Below are positions 26,601 through 37,267 of a stretch of DNA of 40,967 nt, piece by piece. The first letter of the stretch is position 1; the number at the start of each line of letters is the position of its first letter. The position numbers were made by a program, and so were the translations under genes. Origin of the DNA: a virus (taxonomy: Duplodnaviria > Caudoviricetes); the IMG/VR virus record IMGVR_UViG_3300005805_000172, positions 1 to 40,967 of that record, one strand, 5' to 3'. The notes beneath the pieces were generated by a model. The model was not told the DNA's origin. It ran no database searches and saw only the letters and a program-made list of their open reading frames with translations.

Positions 26601-27443
26601 AGGGTGTTGCTTTGGGATGGCAAGGCTACGCAAGTGATCGAGGCCGACCTCGAAATACTAGACCAGCGCACCACCCAGTACACCAGCGCGGTCTTTTGCG
26701 TGAAGCAGACAGCGAACGAAGTCCGCACGTATAAGGTGCAGTCCGTAGGCTACGACGAGGATGGCAACGTAGCGATAGAAGCCATGTACTTCCCTCTCAA
26801 TAGTAATGATTACAGCCTGGTGGCAGAAGGCTGGGACGTGAGCTCAAACTGGGTGATCGAAGGCGCACTAGGCAGCAGTGAGGTCAGCGGGACTGCAATC
26901 AGCCCTTTCAACGGAGTCTCACTGATCGGCCCGAATACGCTCACCGTCAACGAGGCCTCAACATTTACCGCCCTGGTATCCGGGGGTGCGGGCAGCTACA
27001 GCTACAGCTGGAGCGGAAGCGGGGTAACTTTTGGGGCGGCTTCAGCGGCCAGCACGACTGTAACAGCCACGAGCGCGGGCAACAAAACGATCACCTGTGC
27101 TGTCACACGAGGGAGCACGACACTCGCGGTCAGCAAAACAGTTACCGCCGTAGTTGCAACAAGCCAGGGGACTATTGGCACCGTAACAATTACCGGCGAT
27201 GCCACGGCGGTCGTGAATAGCGCCAAAACTTATAGCGCCTCACGCTCAGGCACAGTTGCACTCGCAGACTGCTTCTATAACTGGACCACTATTCCTACTA
27301 CGTCTACAGTCGCTAGTGCTGGAACAGCTACAGCATCTATCACATTCGAAGTCGCTGGAACATACAGCGTTATCTGCACAATTAGCTCTCCTTACGCTAG
27401 CGACAGCCCGAAGACGCAGACAAAAACGGTCACCGTGACATGA
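23658..27443 (+). CDS. Central tail-tip/host-specificity protein (gpJ-like) with C-terminal Ig/PKD-like domains
   Basis: ELGSAIPLVFA...GGVRVNTNLLWSQM, FFDGAI, IDLSDFCTS, GKYICRGRR. Two Thr/Ser-rich beta-sandwich-like units at the C-terminus (YSYSWS, FYNWT). Confidence 0.75.
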   Translation: MLSPNDRPIVLLPQDRELIELLGLTESEYRQFLREAVKRSRVEPGKPVNFIDFGLVALIFTVIGLLLQVAALFFKPKTSRPPDIRQTSDPGQNVVNRTEYAPKAGFDSLQNVVELGSAIPLVFAKRETIDGVTYGGVRVNTNLLWSQMLSLGGGQMLRAVFLISEATIGDVDPSQFAFGDNVMGAYDLAEANAASSRVTFYVSKDGGRLTSADRVAGRLAANDLGNAQNVGAEDVFSIAGLNGAWTTDFCYTFKPSTQTQFGVYQLIGNGFGFRVNPALRPAVVVKTEPKGDQGDIRLRCLQDGVSRAQRDKYNTKFSSRSGVTQLNGTPISGVMSLVVGDTVTYVLDSASDANTQFIGVQEGPNHKETCRDVAQAVSGRQRSWDDALTIGELYRLGSALLICESRSPADEIFTSEADQEPIGGGQTMSVVLRCVRAGTAVFNPTSGTANATQTSHLFKTAVANFSLPRAAQIVELGLRSTLGIRISGLCNFRDSLSETEIDGRACNYYNGRVYDSGESLDLSSYQSGSFSGAEMRYSFFKISYRIAGSNSGYTSLEPCFGVRSLTQQAVYNYIRLQMPSMQRWEYRLEPVTGWEIRNSIASGNLEILDSRITGTRSVGSGSGTETVMITYSGEPVARTADTFAIAATRDKALGVTLSDTRDYADDWGKVAEAFVFEELQTSARSPEHELVYVNLLAPNPNIPEYESLATVGVNLRSSTEASQLNQLSVYINEGIGSVHTFPEVYSILLKNSVFGVGEILSPEQIDNESFTECAAWTRARKYFFDGAIAQPINLRQWGSQTAGFFLLDMVIKNGRFALQPAFYFNQPEPITNLYTAGNIIDGSFEFAYADIEQRTPSRISVKWRQEKAFDTETNKGLFPVVREVTVCEVGTPKNAPLESIDLSDFCTSENHAIDVGKYICRGRRLYTHSVKFKTVPTQAAVQVGRCIKLGLETVAYNQPNNGAIDKHGAVTTTEPLADGTYRVLLWDGKATQVIEADLEILDQRTTQYTSAVFCVKQTANEVRTYKVQSVGYDEDGNVAIEAMYFPLNSNDYSLVAEGWDVSSNWVIEGALGSSEVSGTAISPFNGVSLIGPNTLTVNEASTFTALVSGGAGSYSYSWSGSGVTFGAASAASTTVTATSAGNKTITCAVTRGSTTLAVSKTVTAVVATSQGTIGTVTITGDATAVVNSAKTYSASRSGTVALADCFYNWTTIPTTSTVASAGTATASITFEVAGTYSVICTISSPYASDSPKTQTKTVTVT

Positions 27444-27823
27444 CGACTGCTTTCCCCACTATCGCTCCGAGTTCTCGCTCCGTCACTCTGGGTCAATTCC
27501 CGGTCAAACGGTTCACAACGATTGCCGGCACGGGCGCAACCCGGGCCTACGGCAGCCAGCCGTTCAACGCATCACTATCCCTGCAGTACGACAACATCAC
27601 GGACACGCTTGCCCTTGAGATAGTCGAGGCCCACGAAGCCGCGTACGGCAGCAAAAACGCCCTGGCCCTTCCCCCGGAGGTCTGGGATGGTATGGATTTG
27701 AACCTCCGAGTTCGGTTGGAGCGCGACTACACCTGGCGATTCGCCGAACCCCCACAGCTGACATCCGTGCACCCAGGGATCAGTAGCATTGGTGTAAAGC
27801 TTGAAGGCCAGAGGGACGGCTAA
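27440..27823 (+). CDS. Distal tail protein-like (gpM-like)
   Basis: FPTIAPSSRS...LSLQYDNI...WRFAEPPQ; size and position fit. Confidence 0.55.
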   Translation: MTTAFPTIAPSSRSVTLGQFPVKRFTTIAGTGATRAYGSQPFNASLSLQYDNITDTLALEIVEAHEAAYGSKNALALPPEVWDGMDLNLRVRLERDYTWRFAEPPQLTSVHPGISSIGVKLEGQRDG

Positions 27824-28218
27824 TGGCAGTAGTTACCGGAGCTCATGGCGCACTGCGCTACCAGAATGTCGCTCTTGCGAAGTGCAGAAACTTTTCTCTT
27901 GACATCAACAGAGATGCTTTGGAGTCAACAACCCTGGGCTCTTACGATCGCACATTTGTCGAGGGAATCCGGGGAGCCACAGGCAGCACTACGATCTTGT
28001 ACGACAACGATGATACAAGCGCTGTACAACTGCTAAATAGTATTCTAAGCAATATCTCGCAACAACATCAAATTAGCCTTGTACTCAACACACTAATGAA
28101 CAAAGAGCTACAGGTCAACGCCATAATTACTCAAGCCAGTGTGCCTGTCTCAGTTGGTGAGGTTACAGCTTGCAGTGTCAACTTCACTGTTACAGGTCCT
28201 ATCGAAGGTAGCTTCTAA
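27823..28218 (+). CDS. Tail-tube-like minor tail protein
   Basis: FSLDINRDALESTTLG..DRTFVEG...GSTTILYD...SVNFTVTG, a tube-fold pattern. Confidence 0.6.
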   Translation: MAVVTGAHGALRYQNVALAKCRNFSLDINRDALESTTLGSYDRTFVEGIRGATGSTTILYDNDDTSAVQLLNSILSNISQQHQISLVLNTLMNKELQVNAIITQASVPVSVGEVTACSVNFTVTGPIEGSF

Positions 28219-29318
28219 TGGCTGTACTTGGGCACCGAGGGCGTCTCCGCCTCAGACGGGAGGCTCCTGAGCCCACAGTCCTGCGCCCGGGAAATGTCAA
28301 CGTCGCGAGTAACAGTATCTACATGCGCAACCCCGCCTTCTGGAGTGGGGATCTCGTCACGCTGAGCTGTGTCAATGGTCTCCCTTTGGATGCGTCCTCG
28401 GGGGGACCTGACTGCCCCGACGGCTATGGCGTGTACTACGGGAGTGATTGGTACCTCGGCAGTAACCGAAGTCATATCACGAGTGAGACGTCGAACTTTT
28501 ACACGGCTTCAGGTGCGGTACAGTTCTATATGCGACAGGAGGAAGCAGGGCTTACCACAAGCGCCGACTACTACTGTTATAGAGACCAGCTTGACCGCCT
28601 GAGCTTCTACACCACACGTACAGCCGCGCTAAACGGCAGTACGGCAGCGCGTATTAGTTTGTACAAGGTCGACTTTAACGCTCTTATTGTCTCCGCTGCT
28701 GGATCAACAGAGTATCAAAACGCCATCGCCGAGTGCAGTGCAGACATCGGGGACTACGCATTTAGCGACGTTCAGGATGAAGTCAGCCTGGCCTCGATCT
28801 GTGACTTTGCACCTGAATACACCGCTCCCCCCGCCTGGATCACCGAGTACGACAACGCCGACTTAACACCGCGCTACTACGTGAACGCCGGAACAGGCGG
28901 CACGCTCTGGGCTGTGCAAGCTGACATCGTTGAGTGGTCTCTGAACCTAACTTCAAGCGAGGTCGACACTACCGCAGTTGGAGAGCGTTTCGGAGATGCG
29001 GTCAAAGCTGTGGTGACAGGTGGAGGCACTATTGACTTCCTTGTCGAACGCGAAAATCGCGCAGAGACAGCTAGAGACACCAGTACATTATTACGCTTAC
29101 TTCTGCTAATAGAGCGGGGTTGCAAGGCCGATGCTCAGTTCTGGATGATAACTAATCGCGAGGATAGCAATAGCCATTTATTGCCCGGTGATCTGTACTA
29201 CGAAACTCAGCTAATGGTGACGTCAACAGCGATCAACACGCGCGCTGACGAGCTAATAGCCGGCTCGCTCAACTTTGTCACCGTTGGCGAAATCGCGCTG
29301 CGCGAGGGCACCAACTGA
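28218..29318 (+). CDS. Tail-tube-like protein with a large insertion
   Basis: C-terminal WSLNLTSSEVDTTAVGERF...GGGTIDF...SLNFVTVGEI parallels the upstream gene. Confidence 0.55.
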   Translation: MAVLGHRGRLRLRREAPEPTVLRPGNVNVASNSIYMRNPAFWSGDLVTLSCVNGLPLDASSGGPDCPDGYGVYYGSDWYLGSNRSHITSETSNFYTASGAVQFYMRQEEAGLTTSADYYCYRDQLDRLSFYTTRTAALNGSTAARISLYKVDFNALIVSAAGSTEYQNAIAECSADIGDYAFSDVQDEVSLASICDFAPEYTAPPAWITEYDNADLTPRYYVNAGTGGTLWAVQADIVEWSLNLTSSEVDTTAVGERFGDAVKAVVTGGGTIDFLVERENRAETARDTSTLLRLLLLIERGCKADAQFWMITNREDSNSHLLPGDLYYETQLMVTSTAINTRADELIAGSLNFVTVGEIALREGTN

Positions 29319-29326
29319 TTCACCCT

Positions 29327-29332
29327 TACACT
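29327..29332 (+). promoter_or_regulatory. Putative -10 element (TACACT)
   Basis: In the 40-bp gap before the spike gene; recurring motif. Confidence 0.55.
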
Positions 29333-29358
29333 GTGACAAATAATGGTCTAGCTGCGCA

Positions 29359-32300
29359 GTGACCAAGATCGTTCGCGGTGGTCAGTCGGGGTCCCTCGAC
29401 CACATCAACAGCTCTCAGGCGACCTTCCGCACCCAGATCGCGGCCCTAACCGATGCGGTCCGCCAACTGGGGGGTGCTGCAGAAATCGGCTCTGGCGCTG
29501 TCGTAAATGACCCCCTGACCGCTCCCTACGTTCTTTACGTCAATCCATATACAGGTTCAGATCGCTTTGTAGGTGGCAATTACAGCACCAGCGGTGACGC
29601 TAAACAGCGCATCGAGCTTCAACGCCTTGAATGCGGCTACACCGAGGCGCGTCCATTCAAGACGATCAACCGTGCCATTATTGAAGCCGGCATTATTACA
29701 GCAAAAAGCTATTACGAAAGCCCTCTAACAAATAACGATCTTGTCAGTATTGTCCTGATGCCAGGTGCCGCGACTGTGCTTAACGGTCCAGGCACCGGCT
29801 CTGTATCTGAGTGGGCCGCGACGAAGGATCCCACCGAGGCCGAGCTTGAGGCTTTCAACCCGAGCACTACGGGCGGCATCTTGCTGCCTCGCGGCATCAG
29901 TCTGTGCGGCCTCGATCTGCGCAAGACGATTATCCGCCCCAACACGGTACCTGCTGTTGCGGACGAAGCGTCGGACGCCAGCAACCGCCGATCGATCTTT
30001 AAGGTCACTGGTACGGGCTACTACTTCGGCTTCACCTTTATGGACAAGGTGAGCCTGGCAGCAAGTCACCACCTGTTGCATTGCTTTGAATTCGCAAGCC
30101 AGGCAGAGCTTGATCAGTTTTACACGAAGATCCGTCAGGCCTTTGGCGGAACCAACAATACTGGCGGTCTTGACAATGCTTTAGCCGTAACCCGTACAGC
30201 CGAGTACGAGATTGTTGGCCCTCAGCCAGCCGATGGATCGCAGACCATCAATACTGACACAACGCTTTCGGCCTCGCCATATATTTTCAACTGCAGCATC
30301 CGCTCCAATTATGGTTTGTGTGGGATTTACGCCGATGGTAACAAAACCTCCGGCTTCCGCTCCATGGTTGTCGCACAGTTTACCGGCGTTTCTCTGCAGC
30401 GCGATCTTGCTTGCTGGCAGAAATATGACGTCGGTCAAAGTCCGCGCTGGGGCACATATTTCGCTGATTACGCCGACTACATAAGCACCGATCCGGATAG
30501 CGTGCGAATGAACCCGTCGCGCCGTAGTTTCCATATTCGCGTTGTAAATAATGCGATCATTCAGGAGGTGTCTGTTTTTGCGATTGGACAAGGCGTACAC
30601 CACTGGACTCAATCCGGTGGTGAAATTACTATAACAAATAGCAATAGCAATTTTGGAGGGTGCGCCTCGATCTCGGAGGGGTATCGCTCTACGGCGTTTA
30701 ATTCAGACAAGAGCTGGGTTGTAGATCGAATTCGCGTAGCGACCAACCTAACTGACAATGAAAACAATGTTCGGTTAATCTATCTAGGGACTGTTGAATC
30801 AATCACCAGTACCTCTATCACGCTGGCGACTGACCTAGGTGAGTCTGCTGCTACTCCCGGTGTACCAGACATACTGGCGCGTGAAGGATACACGCTCCGC
30901 AGCGGCAGCTATATCTGGGTTGAAAACCCGCTTGGAGATGACTGGCGCAGTCCGCTTGCCGGCACCGCGTGGTCACCTACTTTGGCTGACAGGATCAACA
31001 TAACAACTGCTCTTCTGGATCAGAGTGGGGATCCAGTTGGGACTAGCACGGATGAGAACGGGGTTACAACGATCAATGCAATTGGCAAGCGGGTTTATAT
31101 TCGTCGTCTTGTCGATACACGCACTCCAGATCAACGTCGCTTCTCACTGAAGCTTAATACTACGGCGAGTACAACGCGTGCACCGTTGCGCGATTACGCG
31201 CTTCAGGTAGTGCCAGGGACAACTGGTATCTCGTCTCTGATTCCGACAGTTTCAACGCTTGTGGTGAGCAGTTCTGCTCCAACGCTTACAAGCGGCGTTG
31301 GAGTTGCTGCATCAAATGACGTTGTGCTGCGTCGCGCCAATGCCTCTGCTGCCTGGACAGCTAATTCCTACTACCGCAAGGGCGAAACGGTAAAGAGGAA
31401 CGACAAGCACTTTACTTGCATAAAGGAAAACTCGGATAGTGCGTTTGATGCTGCCAATTGGGACGAGTCGTTCGTGCACATGGCTAGCGATTACAATCCA
31501 GAGGATTTCTACAAGAATGAAGTACCCATATTAGTATTTGATAATGACACAGATGGCACGCAGCTTTCAGTTACTCTGGGTTACAACCTATCTACTGTTT
31601 GGAGCACGGATTCAGCAATTCAATCACAGTATCGAACTGCCGCTGATTATCGAGGTCTCCATTTATTCCTGACCGCTCTCGGCTTTAGTACCGCCCAGGC
31701 TCACACAATACTTACGCCCAAGCCAGAGGCTTCCAGGGACCTAAATCCTTCGAGCAGCGTAGCTATGGGTGGCTATGTGCCGAATGGTTCCGCTAATGCG
31801 CTCGCCAACTGGGCCGTTGAGTTCCGCCGGCCAAGCATTGTGCGCCTATTCGGCCACGCCTGGGAATGGTCAGGTTTTCTTAACTACACGAAAGCCATAC
31901 CTTCTTATCAGAAAGAACTTAGTCCTCAGAATAAGTTCACCTATTACTTCACTAATGTTGATGGCGGGCGTGTTTATGCGACCGGATTCAACGAAGAGGG
32001 CTTCCAGGTTTCCCCCCGAGGTCTTGAAGACATCGCTACGGGCACGACACTAAGCGTTGAATCGATCGGGGCAAGCGATCTTACGCTTGACACGCCAACT
32101 GAATTACAGAATCTAACGCTGAAAGGTAAAACGACCATAGAAGGCACTCTTGAGATTACCGCTACTTCGATTACGTTCCCGGCTGGTTTTTCTGCTACAA
32201 CGACTAGCGCCGGTCCCGGAGAGATCGCGAGCATTTCAGAAATTGAGACAACATCAAAAGTTGTTTCAGATTCAGAGCTGAATAGGCTTGGCCCTAAGTT

Positions 32301-34119
32301 TATTACCGCAGCTGGCCTTAAGTATTGGGCTTCGTGGGCAAACGTACAAACAAAACGCACGACATCAATGGTGCTTTATGTCGTGCCAGACAATGCAGTG
32401 CTTGGCGGTACTTATAGTTTCAATGGCGCAAGTACAACCCTTACCGCTGATCCAGCGCGAAGCAGTGCACTTGTTTCCACTGATCCGCCGACGAGCGCGG
32501 CTAAAGCCGTGAAACTTGCCGCTGCCGTCGCCTATGCAAACGCAAATAACAGTACGCTTGAGACCGTTAACTATTACCTCGCAAATGGTCCGTATTGGAC
32601 ATCGGTTACTTTTAATCATATAGCAAACGTTTATGGGGCGACTTCTCAGTTCCCATCTGGCAATACGGTCGCAGACTACACCCAGCCAGCAACGCCTCCA
32701 ACGACAAATGTAAAAGCAATGATGGATACCTATGCTATCCCTTGCTTTGCCACCAAGTTAAATGTTAGTGTTGACAGCATCCTAGAGCAGTTTTATTATG
32801 TGGCCAGTCCCGCATCACTTTCTTTCAGCTATGGCGGCTCTATTCAAGGAATAGGGTGGCAATCCGTTTCTAAGACTTTAGCCGATGAAACTAATTACCC
32901 AGATTCTGGAGTAGTTTCAAGCTCCCTTATTCCCTATCGCACAAACGGTGTTACATTAGCCGCAGTTTTAGATGGCTACTCGCAAAGCCTCGCCTCTAGC
33001 TATTTATTCGCAAAGTTTTATGGTGGAGTAAATATAGCTGTAGGGGGAGGATCCCTTACTGTTCAGGACTGCATTTTCGGCGCGAAGGCATCCGGGCTCG
33101 GAGCTATTGGATACGGCGATCTCGGACCCACAATTCGTCCGACTGGCAATTCGACACTGGTAATGCGTGGATTGTATTTCCTAGGTAACACTCAACTGTC
33201 GCCTGCTGACTTGCCTTTAACGATTGCGAAGGGTATCTCAATATCTGGCGGCAATAACGTATATGGTGTCCAGAACACGCAGAATTTCGTGAGTACGAGA
33301 CGAGAGACGTCTGGTGCCGTAGATGTCACGCTAGTGTTTAACAATAGATACCAGAAGAACTCAGTTGGCAACGCGTCCGAGCGGAATCTAGATGGGAACT
33401 GCATTCACATACTAGATAACAATGGCTATTATGGACTAATGGCAAATCGCGAAGCCACCGATGGTTCGCGTGGCGCCACAATGAATTTCTTCTTTGGAGA
33501 TATGGCGCCAGGCAGCCGTATCTACACAGGCGGCTACTCAAGTTGGTACTTCAATTTCACCCTGCCCAACAAATACCAGGGCTTTGCCGGCACGTTTGGC
33601 GACTGGGCCAGCTCCGGTCAAGGGCCTTATGGGATGTCCGGGTCGCTGGACCCCCTTAATTTCTATAGGTATGCGTCATACAACGGCTCTGTGTTCATTC
33701 AGGCCACCTCTGGAGCGAGGTTGACCCATAACAAGAACGCGACTATAACCGCATCTATCTCCGGAACAACCATGACTGTAACAGCCGTTACGACTGGAGT
33801 CGTTAGCATTGGTCAAGAGATCTCTGGTGCCGGTGTAACTTCAGGTACGACAATTACAGCGCTTGGAACTGGTACCGGAAATACAGGTACATACACGCTA
33901 AGCACTTCTCAGACCGTCGCATCTACGACGATTCAGTGCTTCCCCAAATACGGCCCTGGAACTCAGGTGACGGCCTACAGCGATTCTTCGCTAAACGGAC
34001 TCAACCTCCGAACATCTATTTTCTTTAGGGGGGTTGATGCTGATACTGCCCAAGTTGTGGGTGGTGGACTGGAAGGGCTAACCGTAAACTCTACGACTAG
34101 ATACGTCTTTTATGGGTGA
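29359..34119 (+). CDS. Large tail spike/fibre protein (beta-helix-like)
   Basis: 1586 aa. [11 protein letters not shown]...PFKTINRA...[11 protein letters not shown]...[11 protein letters not shown]...[11 protein letters not shown], plus a CBM-like [13 protein letters not shown] segment. Confidence 0.78.
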   Translation: MTKIVRGGQSGSLDHINSSQATFRTQIAALTDAVRQLGGAAEIGSGAVVNDPLTAPYVLYVNPYTGSDRFVGGNYSTSGDAKQRIELQRLECGYTEARPFKTINRAIIEAGIITAKSYYESPLTNNDLVSIVLMPGAATVLNGPGTGSVSEWAATKDPTEAELEAFNPSTTGGILLPRGISLCGLDLRKTIIRPNTVPAVADEASDASNRRSIFKVTGTGYYFGFTFMDKVSLAASHHLLHCFEFASQAELDQFYTKIRQAFGGTNNTGGLDNALAVTRTAEYEIVGPQPADGSQTINTDTTLSASPYIFNCSIRSNYGLCGIYADGNKTSGFRSMVVAQFTGVSLQRDLACWQKYDVGQSPRWGTYFADYADYISTDPDSVRMNPSRRSFHIRVVNNAIIQEVSVFAIGQGVHHWTQSGGEITITNSNSNFGGCASISEGYRSTAFNSDKSWVVDRIRVATNLTDNENNVRLIYLGTVESITSTSITLATDLGESAATPGVPDILAREGYTLRSGSYIWVENPLGDDWRSPLAGTAWSPTLADRINITTALLDQSGDPVGTSTDENGVTTINAIGKRVYIRRLVDTRTPDQRRFSLKLNTTASTTRAPLRDYALQVVPGTTGISSLIPTVSTLVVSSSAPTLTSGVGVAASNDVVLRRANASAAWTANSYYRKGETVKRNDKHFTCIKENSDSAFDAANWDESFVHMASDYNPEDFYKNEVPILVFDNDTDGTQLSVTLGYNLSTVWSTDSAIQSQYRTAADYRGLHLFLTALGFSTAQAHTILTPKPEASRDLNPSSSVAMGGYVPNGSANALANWAVEFRRPSIVRLFGHAWEWSGFLNYTKAIPSYQKELSPQNKFTYYFTNVDGGRVYATGFNEEGFQVSPRGLEDIATGTTLSVESIGASDLTLDTPTELQNLTLKGKTTIEGTLEITATSITFPAGFSATTTSAGPGEIASISEIETTSKVVSDSELNRLGPKFITAAGLKYWASWANVQTKRTTSMVLYVVPDNAVLGGTYSFNGASTTLTADPARSSALVSTDPPTSAAKAVKLAAAVAYANANNSTLETVNYYLANGPYWTSVTFNHIANVYGATSQFPSGNTVADYTQPATPPTTNVKAMMDTYAIPCFATKLNVSVDSILEQFYYVASPASLSFSYGGSIQGIGWQSVSKTLADETNYPDSGVVSSSLIPYRTNGVTLAAVLDGYSQSLASSYLFAKFYGGVNIAVGGGSLTVQDCIFGAKASGLGAIGYGDLGPTIRPTGNSTLVMRGLYFLGNTQLSPADLPLTIAKGISISGGNNVYGVQNTQNFVSTRRETSGAVDVTLVFNNRYQKNSVGNASERNLDGNCIHILDNNGYYGLMANREATDGSRGATMNFFFGDMAPGSRIYTGGYSSWYFNFTLPNKYQGFAGTFGDWASSGQGPYGMSGSLDPLNFYRYASYNGSVFIQATSGARLTHNKNATITASISGTTMTVTAVTTGVVSIGQEISGAGVTSGTTITALGTGTGNTGTYTLSTSQTVASTTIQCFPKYGPGTQVTAYSDSSLNGLNLRTSIFFRGVDADTAQVVGGGLEGLTVNSTTRYVFYG

Positions 34120-34123
34120 TCCA

Positions 34124-34129
34124 TAGACT
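34124..34129 (+). promoter_or_regulatory. Putative -10 element (TAGACT)
   Basis: ccaTAGACTg right after the spike stop codon and upstream of the fibre gene RBS GGAGG. Confidence 0.55.
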
Positions 34130-34171
34130 GTGGGGGCAGGCGAATGTCCTGCCGAGTCCGGAGGTATTCCA

Positions 34172-37100
34172 ATGTCCCTGCAGGTCATCCTGAAGAATTC
34201 CAGCGTGTTCGGCAAGGAGCCTCTGGCCAGCCAACTCGCGAATGGCGAACTCGCGCTTAATTATCACGCAGACGGTCCATTTCTAACTTGTAAAGATAGC
34301 GCGGGCACTATTAGAAGAATCGCGGGCGTCTGGATTTCCGCGACAGCCCCTGCCTCTCCTACGCCAGGTGAAACGTGGCTTGATATAAGCCTTACGCCCG
34401 CTCAACTGAAGATCTATCAGGACGTGGTGAATGGCTGGATTTTTGCTGTAGCGGTCAACGTCGCAAGTACGTCAACGGCTGGTGTTGTTCAGCTTGCCAC
34501 GTCCGTTGAGACGCAAACGGGCACTAATTCCACCAAGGCGGTGACGCCCTTGGGCCTTCAGAGCAAGATCAGCGATTCCACGAGTACGTCTTCAAATACC
34601 ACGATTGCCTCCAGCGCAGCCGTTAAGACTGCCTACGACCTCGCCAATACCGCTCTACCCAAAGCTGGTGGCACTATGACTGGCCAGATTCTGGCCGACG
34701 ATTCCACCTCCCCGAGCACGCCAGGCTACGCCTTCGACGGCGACACCAGCACAGGCCTGTTGCGCACCGGCTCTAACGCCCTTGCCCTGTCAACCGGTGG
34801 TTCCTCGCGCTTAACGATCTCGGCTACGGGTGTCGTCACTATCCCCGGTGATCTTGTTATCAACGGTACAACTACAACCGTTAACACAGACAACCTGACC
34901 GTAAAGGACAAGAATATTGAACTTGGCAAGGTTACCACTCCTACGGACATTACGGCTGATGGCGGTGGTATAACCCTAAAGGGAACTACTGACAAGACTC
35001 TAAACTGGGTAGATGCTACAGATAGCTGGAGCTCATCTGAAAATATTAACCTTGCTAGTGGAAAAACCTACAAGATAAACAATGTAGATGTATTAAGTGC
35101 AACTGCGCTTGGAAGCACTGTTCAGATTAGTAGCGCCAATATCCCAAGTGGGGTGATTGTCAATGATGATGTTAGCGCCACCGCTGAAATTGCTGTTAGC
35201 AAACTTGCTGATGGTGCTGCCCGTCAATTGTTGCAAACCGACGCCGCTGGCACTGGTGTTGAATGGGCAAGCAATATTGACATTCCTGGCACCTTAGATG
35301 TAACTGGAGCCACTACGCTGGATTCCACTCTTACTATTCCATTAGGTTCTGCCGCTGCCCCATCAATTTATCCTAGTGGTGATACCAATACTGGCTTATA
35401 TTCTCCCGGTGCGGATCAGCTTGCTATTACTACAAGTGGAACAGCACGGCTCACCATCGACAGCTCCGGCCGCGTGGGGATTGGCACTACTAGTCCTGGA
35501 GAAAACCTGGCTGTTTGGGGTGCGGCTTCCAACCCTGGTGTTATCGGAATAAATGGTGAATCTGGCCAGGTGTCTAGGCTTCAATTCAAGCGGGCAAATA
35601 CCAACCGATTCAAGATTGAATGCGACATAAGCGACAATCTTCTGTTCTACTCGGATGCTTCAACTGCAGAACGCGCCCGCTTCGACAGCTCCGGCAGGCT
35701 GCTGGTGGGGACGAGTGATGCCCGGTCGGTGTTTAGAAATAGCACTAACACTGCGCTATTGCAGGTAGAGGGTGCGAATGATGAAACCAGGCGATATACG
35801 TCCACAACTTATGGACTGGTAGGTGCTTCTGGTCCCATTCATATATTTGCCAAGCATCGCTCCGACACACTAGGGGGGCAAACGATTGTAGCCTCTGGAG
35901 ATGAGATTGGAGGTGTTCTTTTCTCCGGCTCGGATGGAACTAACTTTGTGGATGGTGCATCAATCTACGGCTACGTGGACGGCACCCCCGGCGCTAATGA
36001 CATGCCAGGCCGCTTGGTATTCAGTACCACTGCTGATGGCGCGGCCTTCCCGACGGAGCGGATGCGCATCGACAGCGCCGGCAGGCTGCTGGTAGGAACA
36101 GGATCAAATAATTCTCGTTCTGATTTCTTTAGTACCAATCTTTATGAGCCCCTTCTGCAAGTAGAAGGTGCGTCTAGCAGCGGCCAAGATTCCTCGCGCT
36201 TCGTTTCCCTTGTTTTTGGAAACGCCAGTGCTAATGGTCCTATTTTTGTTCTTGGAAAACACAGAAGTAACACCAAAGGTGGAGTCACGTTAGTTGTTTC
36301 TGGGGATGAGTGTGGAAGGGTTTCTTTCCAGGCGGCAGATGGAGCCAAGCTCAATGAAATAGCAACTGTTGTCGCTAATATTGATGGTACACCCGGTCTT
36401 AATGACACACCAGGCAAGCTCTCGTTTAGCACGACGCCCGATGGATCGACCCTTCCAGTAGTAAGGCTGTCAATCGACAGCGCCGGCGACATCAATATTT
36501 CGACTGGTGGCAACATCAAGGCTGACTTCAGCAATGCAACGCTTACCAGCAGGACATACTTCCAGACTTCAACTGCCAATAACGCGACGACTGTAGGCGT
36601 AATCCCCAATGGAACCAGTACAGGCTCGGCACTTTACGCTTTCAATAACTCAACGCCAACCAACGCCTCATACGTTGGAGCAGTTGTAACAAATACCGTT
36701 GGAACAATCCGCAGCGCCATCACAGGCACCGGCACCTATCTGCCTCTGACGTTTGAAACCAACAACCAAGAGCAGGCTCGCTTCACCACCACCGACCGTT
36801 ACTTCCGCATGGCCGCCAGCACGGGCGGTATCCAGTTCAATGGCGACACGGCTGCAACCAATGCGCTAGATGATTATGAGGAGGGAACTATTACGACACC
36901 TGCGATTGCAGGAACAACTACAGCGGGAACCGGCACTTACTCAGTCCAAGCGGGGCGCTACACAAAGATTGGACGACTGGTCCAAGTACAAATACGTCTA
37001 ATTTGGAGCGCCCATACCGGTACAGGCAACATGAAAATTACCGGTTTACCGTTTACGGTTTTATCCACAGGCGGAAGTTCTGAAGTTGCAGCTGCTTTAA

Positions 37101-37267
37101 GAATTAATAACTTGACTTCACCCGCCAGTACAACGGTTCAGGCTGTTTGCGTTTCCAATACAACTGAGATCAACTTTGAATCAGTAGCAATTGCTGGAGG
37201 ATTGGCTACTCTATTGGCTCTCGATACTGCTGCAGACGTACTGGTAACTGCTGTATATACAACCTAA
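34172..37267 (+). CDS. Long tail fibre protein
   Basis: RBS GGAGG then ATG 34172. GELALNY, fibre repeat ASTSTAGVVQLAT, R.xIDSSGR(V/L)..GT repeats, C-terminal NALDDYEEGT...YTKIGRLV...GLPF. Confidence 0.85.
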   Translation: MSLQVILKNSSVFGKEPLASQLANGELALNYHADGPFLTCKDSAGTIRRIAGVWISATAPASPTPGETWLDISLTPAQLKIYQDVVNGWIFAVAVNVASTSTAGVVQLATSVETQTGTNSTKAVTPLGLQSKISDSTSTSSNTTIASSAAVKTAYDLANTALPKAGGTMTGQILADDSTSPSTPGYAFDGDTSTGLLRTGSNALALSTGGSSRLTISATGVVTIPGDLVINGTTTTVNTDNLTVKDKNIELGKVTTPTDITADGGGITLKGTTDKTLNWVDATDSWSSSENINLASGKTYKINNVDVLSATALGSTVQISSANIPSGVIVNDDVSATAEIAVSKLADGAARQLLQTDAAGTGVEWASNIDIPGTLDVTGATTLDSTLTIPLGSAAAPSIYPSGDTNTGLYSPGADQLAITTSGTARLTIDSSGRVGIGTTSPGENLAVWGAASNPGVIGINGESGQVSRLQFKRANTNRFKIECDISDNLLFYSDASTAERARFDSSGRLLVGTSDARSVFRNSTNTALLQVEGANDETRRYTSTTYGLVGASGPIHIFAKHRSDTLGGQTIVASGDEIGGVLFSGSDGTNFVDGASIYGYVDGTPGANDMPGRLVFSTTADGAAFPTERMRIDSAGRLLVGTGSNNSRSDFFSTNLYEPLLQVEGASSSGQDSSRFVSLVFGNASANGPIFVLGKHRSNTKGGVTLVVSGDECGRVSFQAADGAKLNEIATVVANIDGTPGLNDTPGKLSFSTTPDGSTLPVVRLSIDSAGDINISTGGNIKADFSNATLTSRTYFQTSTANNATTVGVIPNGTSTGSALYAFNNSTPTNASYVGAVVTNTVGTIRSAITGTGTYLPLTFETNNQEQARFTTTDRYFRMAASTGGIQFNGDTAATNALDDYEEGTITTPAIAGTTTAGTGTYSVQAGRYTKIGRLVQVQIRLIWSAHTGTGNMKITGLPFTVLSTGGSSEVAAALRINNLTSPASTTVQAVCVSNTTEINFESVAIAGGLATLLALDTAADVLVTAVYTT
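35669..36490 (+). repeat. Two tandem ~130-aa diverged repeats inside the tail fibre
   Basis: Both units read R.DS.GRLLVGT...LLQVEGA...GPI....KHRS...SGDE.G...DG...DGTPG.ND.PG.L.FSTT.DG. Units start at 35669 and 36056. Confidence 0.8.

Noticed and set aside
29359-37267. Diversity-generating retroelement or invertible fibre cassette
   Set aside because: No reverse transcriptase or invertase, no near-identical TR/VR pair and no inverted repeats seen in this window.
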